Assembly: GCA_965237805.1 (NCBI GenBank)
Contig: OZ250153.1
Coordinates: 1,344,001-1,408,000 of the forward strand
Direction: 5' to 3'
Source: Gammaproteobacteria bacterium
GTDB lineage: Bacteria > Pseudomonadota > Gammaproteobacteria > JABABF01
Length of the DNA: 64,000 nt
The position numbers were made by a program, and so were the translations under genes. Positions 11,341 through 20,820 of this stretch are shown here, piece by piece. The notes below the pieces were generated by a model that was not told where the DNA came from, made no database searches, and saw only the letters and a list, made by a program, of their open reading frames with translations. Positions within the stretch are counted from its first letter, which is position 1. The number at the start of each line of letters is the position of its first letter.

Positions 11341-12032
11341 GGTGCGTAGATGAAGCGCTGGGCGCGGAATTCTGTCACTGAGAGTTGATCTGCCTCGACG
11401 ACATCAGCGCTCAATCTGCCCGTGCCGTCCCGGTTGCGCACGCTCACCACTGCCTGCCCGGTGGTGCTGATCGATTGGGTGTTGGCGATGGCATGTCCAC
11501 CCAAGTCCAAGTGGCCGGTCATCGGTCGCGAACCGTCTAGCGGCAACAGCGACAAATGCGTGTTCTCGGTGCCTGGTCCGGGCACGATCACGGTGACAGT
11601 TGCGCTGACCACAGAGGCCAAGGGTCGCAATAGCTGTTGCAGCTGTAGCGCCTGTGCGTCGCTGTCCACTTGGGTGACGATGGCCAGCTGGCGCTCCATG
11701 AAAATCTCGATGCTGTAGGGATTTCCAAAGCCGTTGCGGTTGACCAAACTGCCCTCCAGCCCTAGCGCCTGCTCCATGACGTTCAAGTCCGTCGGCCAGT
11801 GCTGGTGCTGTTGGTAGTATGAGATGGCCAGCTCCGCCACCAGCTTGGCACCGGCAGCCGTTTGCTCTATCGCTTGGCTTTCCAAGCGGCGCTGCAGAGC
11901 CGGATAGTAGTAGCTGGCCAGCAGCGAGAGGATGCCCAGTACCGCAGATAATTCCAGCAGGCTGAAGCCCGCCACGCGACGGTAGCGCAGCGCTTCAGTG
12001 CAGAGCACAGACATCGCTATCAGCACTCGCAT
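11337..12032 (-). CDS. PilV-like minor pilin (type IVb)
   Basis: Class III signal RRVAG|FSLLELSAVLGIL, NGFGNPY, and LPLDGSRPMTGHLDLGGHAI resembling the end of the PilV constant region. Confidence 0.75.
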   Translation of the reverse strand: MRVLIAMSVLCTEALRYRRVAGFSLLELSAVLGILSLLASYYYPALQRRLESQAIEQTAAGAKLVAELAISYYQQHQHWPTDLNVMEQALGLEGSLVNRNGFGNPYSIEIFMERQLAIVTQVDSDAQALQLQQLLRPLASVVSATVTVIVPGPGTENTHLSLLPLDGSRPMTGHLDLGGHAIANTQSISTTGQAVVSVRNRDGTGRLSADVVEADQLSVTEFRAQRFIYAP

Positions 12033-12432
12033 ACTGACGCAGAAATTGCCGCTGGTGGCTCGCGCTGGGTAGCCGTTTGGCCACTGGTAGCGGCAATTTC
12101 AGTGCGCCACCATCGGCTTTGCCCTGGAAGCGGTTCGCCAAGCGTTGGGCGTGGCGTTGGGCGACGCCACGCAACTCGAGATGTCCGGCACCACCGGTAA
12201 ATAGCGTTGCGCTCCAGCCATGGTTGGCGCGGCTAGAGACCGCTGGCAATACCAGCGGCACGTTGCTCGCCGTGCCGACACAGTGTTCGAGGTAACTGGA
12301 GCGAGCCGATACCAGCACCGCTTCCAGTGCGGCCACCTGCTCCAAGTAGACGGCCTCATCCTGATGCCGTAGCCAGATCGTGCCCAGCAAGCTGCCGATG
12401 CCGAGTGCTAAGCCGAGCTCAGCCATGTTCAT
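11995..12432 (-). CDS. Small pilin-like protein without a leader peptide
   Basis: Starts MNMAELGLALGIGSLL (Glu at position 5 plus a hydrophobic helix). ATGA overlap with the upstream pilin. Confidence 0.6.
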   Translation of the reverse strand: MNMAELGLALGIGSLLGTIWLRHQDEAVYLEQVAALEAVLVSARSSYLEHCVGTASNVPLVLPAVSSRANHGWSATLFTGGAGHLELRGVAQRHAQRLANRFQGKADGGALKLPLPVAKRLPSASHQRQFLRQYASADSDVCALH

Positions 12433-12914
12433 CGGGCCGTGACCAGCACGGTGTTACTGCCTGTGTTGCAGCTGATGCTCTGCTGGTTATTGACCATGCC
12501 GTCAAGCGTGTTGCTAAGCCGTTGGCAGGTGGCGGCGTTGTTCGCTACGATCGAGAGATTGAGCAGCTCGTTGTCGCTGGTATCGGCGACCAATGTGTAG
12601 TTGAGCCCCCACGGATTCTCACCGCTACCAGTGAGGATTGGCGCTGTCGAATAGCCGCTGCTATTCAACGTATTGATGCTGATGCTGGAGAAACTGCCAT
12701 GATCCGCACGGTAGGCGGATGATTTGGTCAACAGCAGGATCGCATCGCCGATGACGCGTTGTATTTTTGCTTCATGGCTGATGCTGTTCCCTTTGGCGTA
12801 AATACCGGATACCAGTAGTGAGACGATCAACAACACGAGTCCCAGCTCGATGAGGTTGAGCCCACTCTGGTGTGCGGCGCGTGGTGGATGGAGAGGGTGG
12901 GTGTGGGGGGACAT
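12429..12914 (-). CDS. Type IVb major prepilin (PilS-like)
   Basis: 18-aa leader ...HQSG|LNLIELGLVLLIV, NPWG motif, C-terminal Cys pair. AGGAGA RBS before the ATG at 12914. Confidence 0.85.
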   Translation of the reverse strand: MSPHTHPLHPPRAAHQSGLNLIELGLVLLIVSLLVSGIYAKGNSISHEAKIQRVIGDAILLLTKSSAYRADHGSFSSISINTLNSSGYSTAPILTGSGENPWGLNYTLVADTSDNELLNLSIVANNAATCQRLSNTLDGMVNNQQSISCNTGSNTVLVTAR

Positions 12915-12966
12915 GGTGTTCTCCTTGCGTTGCGGCGCGGTGGTTGTGCCCGTAGTCAACGCATCC

Positions 12967-14001
12967 TTAGTGAGGGATGGGCGTTGCATAAATGGTGTCG
13001 ATGATGCCGTAGCTGAGCAGTGCGGACAGGCCGATGCACAGGCTGCAGAAAAGTCGGCCACGGCGCTGGCAACGGGCGCGGAAATCCTTTTGCACGATGT
13101 CCGCGAGCCGGGTGAAGCTGTGGCTGACCTTGCCCGGCCATGCCTCGCATAGCACTCCCAGTGTTGAGTGATGAGGGCGATCGAGTAAGGACTGGCCGAA
13201 GGCCTCGGACAATGCCGCACCACCGGCGATTGCGGTACGCACAGCGTGTAGCCGATGGCGTTTGTAGCGACCGTTATGGATGCGTAGCAAAGTGTTGACC
13301 GCTTCCAACGGGGGCAGTCCGATCTCCACCAAGCGGGCGAATTGAGGCACGAGCTGGCTGCTGAGATAAAAACGGTAATCGGAAAACGGTGGCCATTCGT
13401 CCAAGTGGTCGCGCAATGGCCCGATTTCGTGGCGCAACAGTAGGATCAAGGCCAGTGCCAAGCCCGTGACCACCAGCGCTGCGCTCAATCCATGCTGATC
13501 TAAAAAGCCGCCGACGGCGAAGATGATGCGCCGTCCGTCAGACAGCTCACTACCCAGCATACTGTTGAACAGGGTGCGTTTTCGGTACAGAAAAACTGCG
13601 ATGAAGCTCATCACGCTGAGGGTCAACAACCAGCGTAGATTGCCGAACACAATCAACCGCCACGGTGAATCTTCGCGGTCGCGGTAGCCGCGAAGAGCCA
13701 GTTGCAGCAGGCTGTTTGCCTCCTGCCGTTCTTCGCCGGCGATCAGCAGTGCGACCGTGTCCTGGGGGAAGCCACCGATTTCCCTATAGCCAGAGGCGAA
13801 GGGCACGCCGCGGCTGAGATTTTGTAGCGAGCGCCTCGCCAGTTCGCGTTCGATACCCGACAGGGGGTGTCCCGCCAACAGTTCAAGCGAATTTCGCAAT
13901 GGCAAGCCGCTACCCGTCAGAGAGGCCAGCCGACTTAGGAATTCCGCTTGCTCCAAGCGACCGAATGCCAAGCGGCCAAACGTCGACCCGAGCGCCGTCA
14001 C
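12967..14001 (-). CDS. Type IV pilus inner-membrane platform protein (PilR/GspF family)
   Basis: FLSRLASLTGSGLPLRNSLE..LLIAGEE, a repeated GspF-like domain (GLPPLEAV) and TM segments. Confidence 0.8.
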   Translation of the reverse strand: MTALGSTFGRLAFGRLEQAEFLSRLASLTGSGLPLRNSLELLAGHPLSGIERELARRSLQNLSRGVPFASGYREIGGFPQDTVALLIAGEERQEANSLLQLALRGYRDREDSPWRLIVFGNLRWLLTLSVMSFIAVFLYRKRTLFNSMLGSELSDGRRIIFAVGGFLDQHGLSAALVVTGLALALILLLRHEIGPLRDHLDEWPPFSDYRFYLSSQLVPQFARLVEIGLPPLEAVNTLLRIHNGRYKRHRLHAVRTAIAGGAALSEAFGQSLLDRPHHSTLGVLCEAWPGKVSHSFTRLADIVQKDFRARCQRRGRLFCSLCIGLSALLSYGIIDTIYATPIPH

Positions 14002-15503
14002 GACTCTTGCTCCAGTGGTGGAAAATAGCGCTCAATGGCATGGAGATCCACCTGCCCGGCCAGTAATTTTTCACGTGCGTGGTCGCGGCGGCTGGCGATG
14101 CCGCGAGCGCGCATGTGGTCTCGGATGCCGTCGAAGTCGCGCTGCAATAACAGCTGCCGCAGCTCGCGCCCCACCGGGAGTACTTCGGCGATCACCGTGC
14201 GACCTGAGAAGCCACTGCGACAGTTCTCGCAGCCCGTGCGGTTGCGCCGCCAAGCAGTGGCTTGGGGAGTGCCGAACAAGGCGTCTGAGCGCGTCCGGAA
14301 GTGGCTGTCGATACGCTCTGGGCGGCGGCAGTGTGGGCACAGTGTGGGCACCAGATATTGGCCGACCAAGAGCGTGAAAAAACCCGGCAGATGGAAGTGC
14401 CCTCCATCCATGCCCAACTTTTCCAAACGTGCGGGAATGCCAGCAACGCTGTCGGCGTGTAGCGTGGCGATGACCGCGCGCCCCTGCAGCGCCATGTTTT
14501 CGGCGTAGCGCGCTGTCTTGGCATCGCGGATTTCAGCCAGCGCCAGCAGGTCTGGGTCTTGGCGCACCGTGCAGGCCAGCAAGCTGTCCAGTGACACATC
14601 GCTGTGTAAGATTGACAGGTCGATCTGAGAGACTAACGGCCACTGCATTTCTACCGGATCTTCTATGGACAGCACATGGCGCTCCACCGGTAGTGCGCCG
14701 AGTAGGCTACCGACCGTCGTCGACTTGCCGGAGTTGGTCGGGCCACTGAACAGTAGCAAGCCGGAATGTCGCCGCAGAGCTTCGCCGATCGCGGCGATCT
14801 GCTGGCGGTTGTAGCCAGCCTCTGCCAGCGTGATGCGCATCTGGGGGTTGCGGATGCGCAACACAATCGTGCAACCACGCACCTCCGGCATCAGGTTCAG
14901 GCGTACCCCGTAGCGTTGTGCAGCATGGTGGAAATGGAAGGCGCCATCCAGTGGTAGATGTTCGTTGAAATCGCCACGAGAACGGGAAAAATGGTTGAAT
15001 AGCGTGCGTGCGAGGCGCAGGCCGACCGCACGGCTATAGGTCTCGTAGCCGACCAGCGAACCGTAGATGCGGAACAGCACATAGGCGTTGCGCTCCCGCA
15101 CCCGCAGGTGCACATCGCTGGCATCGGCGAGGATCGCATCCTCTAGGATTTTGTCGACAGCTTTGGTCGTGCTGGTTGCGCTGGGGATTTCTGCAGCCGC
15201 TTGGTTGGCGTGGTGCTGCTCTAACTGCAAGTCGCGGAAAGAATCGAAGACCGCCCGATTGACCAACTGCACCTGTGGCGGATTCTGCAGGTAGCGGCGC
15301 AATAGCCGCTCCAGTGCCTGCGTGTTGCGCGCCCGGGGTTGATCGGTGTAGATGGTGCGCCCATCCTCACTGACCAAATAGTTTTCGTCGAGATGTAAGC
15401 ACAGCCACTTGACAACTTCCGGTTGTCGGCTGGGGCTGATATCGCGCAGTGTGTGCGCCGACACGCTGGCGTCTGCGATTTTGCGGCTGCCGCTCGCTTT
15501 CAC
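13998..15503 (-). CDS. Type IV pilus assembly ATPase (PilQ/GspE family)
   Basis: ASDVH, Walker A GPTNSGKST, Asp box SIEDPVE, RQDPDLLALAEIRD, TLHA, Cys motif CPHC..CENC. Confidence 0.93.
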   Translation of the reverse strand: MKASGSRKIADASVSAHTLRDISPSRQPEVVKWLCLHLDENYLVSEDGRTIYTDQPRARNTQALERLLRRYLQNPPQVQLVNRAVFDSFRDLQLEQHHANQAAAEIPSATSTTKAVDKILEDAILADASDVHLRVRERNAYVLFRIYGSLVGYETYSRAVGLRLARTLFNHFSRSRGDFNEHLPLDGAFHFHHAAQRYGVRLNLMPEVRGCTIVLRIRNPQMRITLAEAGYNRQQIAAIGEALRRHSGLLLFSGPTNSGKSTTVGSLLGALPVERHVLSIEDPVEMQWPLVSQIDLSILHSDVSLDSLLACTVRQDPDLLALAEIRDAKTARYAENMALQGRAVIATLHADSVAGIPARLEKLGMDGGHFHLPGFFTLLVGQYLVPTLCPHCRRPERIDSHFRTRSDALFGTPQATAWRRNRTGCENCRSGFSGRTVIAEVLPVGRELRQLLLQRDFDGIRDHMRARGIASRRDHAREKLLAGQVDLHAIERYFPPLEQES

Positions 15504-16096
15504 GGCGCGGACTCAATGGCGGAGCCAGCCCAGTGCACACGGTGCGCTGGGCCGCCCGCGACAGGTTCCAGCACGGCGTGGTCGATGCCGATTTTGCGCA
15601 GTCTGTGAGGGATGCCCCCCAGTTGTATGGTATCGCCAACATGCGCTGTCACATAGCGTGCGCCGATGTGGAAAATCACTTTGCTCAGCTGCTGTGAATC
15701 GGTTGGTTGCAAAAAAGCCAGCACGATTTTTTCCGACTGCAGACGGGGTTGTTGTCGCGGTGTCGACGGATGGTGGGGAGCGGGTTCGGTGCGGGTGACT
15801 TGGGGCGATGGGAGATGGCGCAGAGCGGTGCGCAAATGCGCAGTGTCAGGCGATGTCCCCAACAGCGCCGCCGCTAATTCGGCTCGGCTTGAGAGTTGCT
15901 CGACGGTTTCCACCAGCGACTGGATGCCGCGTAACAATTGGAGGTCTTGATCTAGGCGCGACTGCAGCCGCCCGGCAGCGATGCGGTACTCGAGCGCCTC
16001 GGCTGCCACTGTTTCGGTGTCGGTGAGTGCCTCGGTGCGGGCGCTAACTGGATATAGCAATAGTGCGATGAGCAGGGTGAGCGGGGGGCTTTTCAT
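15500..16096 (-). CDS. PilP-like periplasmic pilus biogenesis protein
   Basis: Signal peptide MKSPPLTLLIALLLYPVSA, coiled coil, Pro-rich linker and a small beta domain. Sits between the PilO-like and PilQ-like genes. Confidence 0.55.
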   Translation of the reverse strand: MKSPPLTLLIALLLYPVSARTEALTDTETVAAEALEYRIAAGRLQSRLDQDLQLLRGIQSLVETVEQLSSRAELAAALLGTSPDTAHLRTALRHLPSPQVTRTEPAPHHPSTPRQQPRLQSEKIVLAFLQPTDSQQLSKVIFHIGARYVTAHVGDTIQLGGIPHRLRKIGIDHAVLEPVAGGPAHRVHWAGSAIESAP

Positions 16097-17316
16097 GGCA
16101 AAGATCCTCGGGCCGGTATGGCCAAGAGCAGATCGACATGGGTCGTCCGCCCGCGCCTGTCGAACTGCATTTCTGCGTTGACCAAATGTGCTGGCACTCC
16201 CTCGAGCCGCATTGCCAACTCGGCCAATAGATAGTGGATGGCGCGGTCTGCACGCAACCGGATATGCGATATGAGGCCGTAGTCGGTGCTCCGGCGGCGT
16301 TGTTCTGTCAGCTGCAGGTTGGCAAATTGCGCCAAGCTCTCCATCAGAGTGGCCAGTTCGGTCGCTGCGATTGGTTGTCGGCGCACATGACTGGCAGCGG
16401 GTTGCTGGCGTCGCCAACGGAAGGTCTCGCCCTCGTGCGAAGCTTCTTTAAAACCGAGCGCTGTAGCGTGGCTGCGCCTGTAGTCGCGCCGGGCGCTGCT
16501 GCCCGAGATCAGTGTCTCCGTGCCCTTAATGCGCAGCTGGTGCACGCCGAGTGCCGGTGCCCATGGGGCAATTTGGCTGCCGAGCTGATTGATGTCGCGA
16601 ATGCCGCGGGCCGCAGCAGCTGGTAGTGAGATCGGTAGCGTTAGCGCTGCCTTGGCCAGTGCCTGTGCAGTTGACGCACGGTTCGGTGTCCACGACTCGG
16701 CGTACCAGCTCGCTGTCAAGAGGGCGGCGGTGGCGATGGCTGCTGGCAAAGCGTGGGCAGGCACGGGCAGGCCATGTGCCAACAGGCAACCCAGCACTGG
16801 GCGATAGCGGTAGTTCCGTGCGCTGCGTCCTCGCAACGACAACGCTGAGGGGGGCAGTTTTTCGGTCGCGCTGTCGCCTAGCTGCGCGGCCAATTGTCCG
16901 ACGGGCACCATGACGATTGCAAGCTCCTCAGCCGCACTCGCGCTCAATTCTTCTCGCGCCCGCTCTAGGGTGACGGCGCGCTCGTCACGTGCCAGCCCTT
17001 CCTCCCAATTGCACAGATACACCATCTGGTCGAAGGGGACACAGAGCAGATAGCGCGGACCGAATCCATAGAAGGGGCTGCCTGGGCGCTCGATCTGTGC
17101 AGCCAAGCATAGCCCGCCGCTGTCGGCGAAATAGCTGACATCGGCTTGGATGAGGCAGTGGCTGGCCTCGTGCTGTCGGGCGCAGTCTCGGATTTGGCGT
17201 CCGCGCGCCAAGCGTCCCATGCCGCTTATCGTTTCAGAGGGGGCACCGATGACCAAGTCCACCACATGCCCAGTGACCCTTTCCCGCCATTGATAGGAGC
17301 CGTGTGCTGGCATCAC
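16093..17316 (-). CDS. PilO-like type IVb pilus accessory protein
   Basis: About 407 aa with a central TM helix, positioned after the secretin, with ATGA overlaps on both sides. Call is mainly by synteny. Confidence 0.55.
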   Translation of the reverse strand: MMPAHGSYQWRERVTGHVVDLVIGAPSETISGMGRLARGRQIRDCARQHEASHCLIQADVSYFADSGGLCLAAQIERPGSPFYGFGPRYLLCVPFDQMVYLCNWEEGLARDERAVTLERAREELSASAAEELAIVMVPVGQLAAQLGDSATEKLPPSALSLRGRSARNYRYRPVLGCLLAHGLPVPAHALPAAIATAALLTASWYAESWTPNRASTAQALAKAALTLPISLPAAAARGIRDINQLGSQIAPWAPALGVHQLRIKGTETLISGSSARRDYRRSHATALGFKEASHEGETFRWRRQQPAASHVRRQPIAATELATLMESLAQFANLQLTEQRRRSTDYGLISHIRLRADRAIHYLLAELAMRLEGVPAHLVNAEMQFDRRGRTTHVDLLLAIPARGSLP

Positions 17317-18773
17317 TGTGATGCCAGCATTGGGTCTAGGAGATGCGCGGTAACCGACAGCACCGTTTCCAATTGCCGCCGACTGTGGCTGGAATCCCGC
17401 CGTATTGGCAGTAGCGGATTGTGCAGAGCCCGGCGGTTAGACATGATGCGAGGATTGCCTGCCAGCACGATCGTCTCGCCGCTACCGAGGATCACGGGTA
17501 GCGTGAATTGGGTATCGTCGTATTCTGGCAGGCGCAGGCTGATGCTGCTGCCAGCGGCACCGAGGGTTTGAGCTAAGAAGCGGGTCACTTGGGTGTAGTT
17601 CAGCGAAATCGACAGGCTGATCTGATCGCCCACCACGGTTGGCAACAGATACAGCGTGGTGCCGCCGATGACTTCATCGGTGGTGATCTCAGGGGTCACT
17701 TGGGTGGTGTCGCCGCGGGTCTGCTCGGTCAGTCGCACACTCTCCACATAGGGCGACACGCGGTTGAGGCGCAATTCACTGACTTGGTTGTTGAGACAGA
17801 CGATGCGTGGGCGTGAGACCAAGCTGGTGGCACCTTGCTCCGACAGAGCCTTGAAGATCAGTTCGGAGCCACTGAAGCGCCCGTCTGCACTTGCGTTGAA
17901 CGACAACTGGAAAGGCGTGATCGCTTGGTCGAGCGCACTGCTACCAGCAGCTGTGGCACCGATACGGTAGCGGCTGGCCCGTTGGTACAGCAGGGACCAA
18001 TCGATACTGTTCTGCCCGGAGTCAGTCAGATCGACCAAGTAGATTTCCAGCGCCACCAGCACCCGCTGCCGGGCGACGCGATTGAAGACTTTGATCATGC
18101 GCTCGACCTGAGCCAGCACATCCGGCGGTGCCGTGACTGAGACGCTGTTGACCGACGGGAGCATGGCGTAGTGGTGATCACGCAACAGGCCGCTCAGACT
18201 GTTGTCGATCTCCGCATAGGGTTCCACTTGGTGTTCCAGTTGCAGGCCGGAGGCGTTCCCGTCGTCATCCGAGCTGCCATCGCGTGGCTGCCCCAATTGC
18301 ACTCGGCGCTTCTGCTCGGGCAAGGCCAGCTGGAATATGCGTGTGGGTAGGCCAGTCCACCCGACATGGCCGTGGGGGCCGATTTCGTAGGCCCAGTTGG
18401 TCTGGGTAGCGATGGCCTCCAGATGCTCTTGCACGGGCAATGCGCCGCCGGGCGGCGCGGTGACCAGCGGGTCGGTCGCAATGTCGTCGGCGAAGTGGGT
18501 TGGGCGCCCACCCAGCACTGCGTGGATCGCTTGGGTAGCAGGCAGCTCGATGTAGCGTAGCTGCACCCGCTGCTCAAGCCAAGCAGCGTGGCGGTGGCGG
18601 CGCACTGGCGATGCCCGGGTGGCACCCTCGCGCCGCGCCACAAAGGGTAGCTGTTGCGCTTGGCGCGCCGCCGCTTCGTCTGCGCTTGTCAGCTCGATGG
18701 CGGCAGGAGCGTGACATCCGCAAAGTGCGCTGCACAACAGAGTGAGCGGTAGAGCATGACGTCGCCGTCGCAT
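17313..18773 (-). CDS. Type IVb pilus secretin (PilN-like lipoprotein)
   Basis: Lipobox LCGC and a secretin domain (SLVSRPRIVCLNNQ..GTTLYLLPTV..LGSGETIVLAG). Confidence 0.88.
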   Translation of the reverse strand: MRRRRHALPLTLLCSALCGCHAPAAIELTSADEAAARQAQQLPFVARREGATRASPVRRHRHAAWLEQRVQLRYIELPATQAIHAVLGGRPTHFADDIATDPLVTAPPGGALPVQEHLEAIATQTNWAYEIGPHGHVGWTGLPTRIFQLALPEQKRRVQLGQPRDGSSDDDGNASGLQLEHQVEPYAEIDNSLSGLLRDHHYAMLPSVNSVSVTAPPDVLAQVERMIKVFNRVARQRVLVALEIYLVDLTDSGQNSIDWSLLYQRASRYRIGATAAGSSALDQAITPFQLSFNASADGRFSGSELIFKALSEQGATSLVSRPRIVCLNNQVSELRLNRVSPYVESVRLTEQTRGDTTQVTPEITTDEVIGGTTLYLLPTVVGDQISLSISLNYTQVTRFLAQTLGAAGSSISLRLPEYDDTQFTLPVILGSGETIVLAGNPRIMSNRRALHNPLLPIRRDSSHSRRQLETVLSVTAHLLDPMLASQ

Positions 18774-18778
18774 GTCAG

Positions 18779-20077
18779 CTACTTCGGCTCCCCGCTGCGT
18801 CTCGGCGCGTAGCGAGGTGTAAAATCGACCGTCCGGTCACGCATGTTCAGCGTTGGCTGAATGTCGTAACTTTCCAGCAAGTTACTCAGGGCTTGTTCGG
18901 CATCGGCCGCTGGCACTTGGTACTCGTAGGGGATATCCCAGTCGTATTCATAATCCCCATCTGCGAGTAGCCATTGCCCCACGCGCAGGGAGAAGCTCTC
19001 GAGCAGGCGTTCAATGTTGGCTTTGAGCGAGCCTTGGCGCACAGTGAAATGGCCAGTTTTTGGCAGATTATCGGCGCTGTCAGCTACCGCGCTACGCAGT
19101 TGCTGGCAGTTGGCTGTGCGATCTGGTGATTGGGTGCCGCGCAATTCGATATCCACACCGTGGCGTAGTACAGCCGTTGGCTCCCGATGGTTGGAGACGC
19201 TTGTCTCGACGACGATGTGTCCGCGCCGTACCCCGCGTTGTTCCAGCGCTTCTGCCACTGTCTGTGCCCGCTTGCGTGCCTGCTCGACGGTGGCCCAGCC
19301 AGCATGGCTGTGCGAGTGGCCGCGTACCACTAGCCGCAAGTCCCGTGTACGTGCCGCTGCACTTGCTTGCTGGATGGCTCGGTGCGCGGTATCGCCGAGG
19401 GTGCGGAATTCGGCCAAAGAAAAGGGCGCGAACAGTATTTCCCGCTCGACTGGCGCGGTAGAGCGGTACTGCTCCAAGAAGCGCTCCAGCCACTGCTCGT
19501 CGCGATATTCCGGGCGGATGCGCAATTGCAGGGTGCGGCCCAACTCGTTGACATGCACCCCCCAAGCGATGCCGATCAAGGCGTTGAGGCCAGACAGCAA
19601 CGGCACTGGCCCCAAATCCCGCAATGAGGCGGGCAGGGGTTGGCGGAACAGCAACTGTTGCACCAGCAGGCAATTCTCCTGATCTCGGTGCCCCAGCCGG
19701 TAGCCTGAGCGTGCGAGCAATTCGACGACTGCTTGCCCGATGGTGCTGATGCTGTCGCCGAAGGCGATGCGCATGGTGGCGTCTAAGGGTTGGCGTTGAT
19801 CGGCTCGCGCCGCACCGTGCGCCCAAGTGTATCGACCGTCACGCAGATAGGGAGCACTACCAGTCGCCGCTCGCTCGTCGGTGGCTACCCGACCGTCGCG
19901 CTGGTCGTCGCCGTGCGATGGTGCTTCCCACCGTTCCTCGGCGGGGCTTTCGAAGGCATCTGCGTCATCCACTCCGCCAGCGTGACTCAGCACGACCCCG
20001 CCACAGAGCAGTAGGCAGAGACAGACAACGGTAGCCAATTTCCAGCTGCTGTTGCGATGGAGCCTGCATCCGTGCAT
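18779..20077 (-). CDS. PilL-like protein (PFGI-1/PAPI-1 ICE type) with OmpA-like and TcpQ-like domains
   Basis: LRDGRYT..DQRQPL..TIGQAV..LLARSGYRL..QPLPASLRDLGP..L..AW (ICE PilL pattern), VRGHS..ARKRAQTVAEAL..GV (OmpA-like), and VRQGSLKANIERL..WDI (TcpQ-like). Confidence 0.75.
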   Translation of the reverse strand: MHGCRLHRNSSWKLATVVCLCLLLCGGVVLSHAGGVDDADAFESPAEERWEAPSHGDDQRDGRVATDERAATGSAPYLRDGRYTWAHGAARADQRQPLDATMRIAFGDSISTIGQAVVELLARSGYRLGHRDQENCLLVQQLLFRQPLPASLRDLGPVPLLSGLNALIGIAWGVHVNELGRTLQLRIRPEYRDEQWLERFLEQYRSTAPVEREILFAPFSLAEFRTLGDTAHRAIQQASAAARTRDLRLVVRGHSHSHAGWATVEQARKRAQTVAEALEQRGVRRGHIVVETSVSNHREPTAVLRHGVDIELRGTQSPDRTANCQQLRSAVADSADNLPKTGHFTVRQGSLKANIERLLESFSLRVGQWLLADGDYEYDWDIPYEYQVPAADAEQALSNLLESYDIQPTLNMRDRTVDFTPRYAPRRSGEPK

Positions 20078-20229
20078 CGTGCCCTTCCCTGAGCCGCACC
20101 CTGTCCCGTGTCGTACTCGGTGGCTTGCCAGCCCCGCCATACGATGCGTTGTGGACAGTGTGCAGCTCGGGATGCACGCCGTCGAGTATCAAATTGGGCT
20201 GCCGTCGCAGCCGTTTGTTCAGCGTGCTA

Positions 20230-20757
20230 TCAGTCGGGCAACTGACCGCCAAAGGAGACCCATATGCGATCCAAGCTCAAGCCAGTGGAGGTTGCGACAG
20301 CACATAATTTGTCCAGTTCATGGAGTTGGTGGCGGCCTAGTTTGCACCAACAACGTTGCACTTCGGACTCTTCTTTTTCGCTGAGCAGCTCGATGCGGCC
20401 ACGCGGCTTCGGCGATAGGCCAAGCGATTTGAGCCTGTCTCTGAATTGTTCTCGGGACATGCCTGTGAAGGCTTCCAGCAAGGCATGGCGGGCACCGAGG
20501 CGCAACGACTCGTCGATCTGTTGTGCGTTGTGGTTGCGCTCGTGCATCAATTTGACGAGCTGGCGCAACACCTCGTTGTCGATGGTCGCAACCGGGCGGC
20601 GGTTCTCAATGCCGAGGCTCTCGCTACTTTGATGCCGCAGTTGCCATACCAGCTCCATGTCGGCGCAGATGTCGTTGACGGCGCGGTCATGCGCTGTAGC
20701 AAGCCAGCTGAGGATGAGGCGGTTAAATTGCTGTATTTGCAGTTGAGTGTTGTTCAT
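20230..20757 (-). CDS. DUF2857 / STY4526-YPO1902 family ICE protein (BisC-like regulator)
   Basis: IDESLRLGARHALLEAFTGMSREQF..R.K.LGL..PRGR..L.E.EE..V..CW..L..VA..TGLSL..IW. AAGGAGG RBS. Confidence 0.75.
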   Translation of the reverse strand: MNNTQLQIQQFNRLILSWLATAHDRAVNDICADMELVWQLRHQSSESLGIENRRPVATIDNEVLRQLVKLMHERNHNAQQIDESLRLGARHALLEAFTGMSREQFRDRLKSLGLSPKPRGRIELLSEKEESEVQRCWCKLGRHQLHELDKLCAVATSTGLSLDRIWVSFGGQLPD

Positions 20758-20820
20758 GAGTGGGCCCTCCTTGGCGCACATAAGCTGTCTGCAACATCAG
20801 CGCAATGCATGGGGACATTG

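Noticed and set aside
10680-11400. Shufflon downstream of pilV
   Set aside because: No rci recombinase and no repeated sfx-like sites or inverted alternative C-termini are visible.
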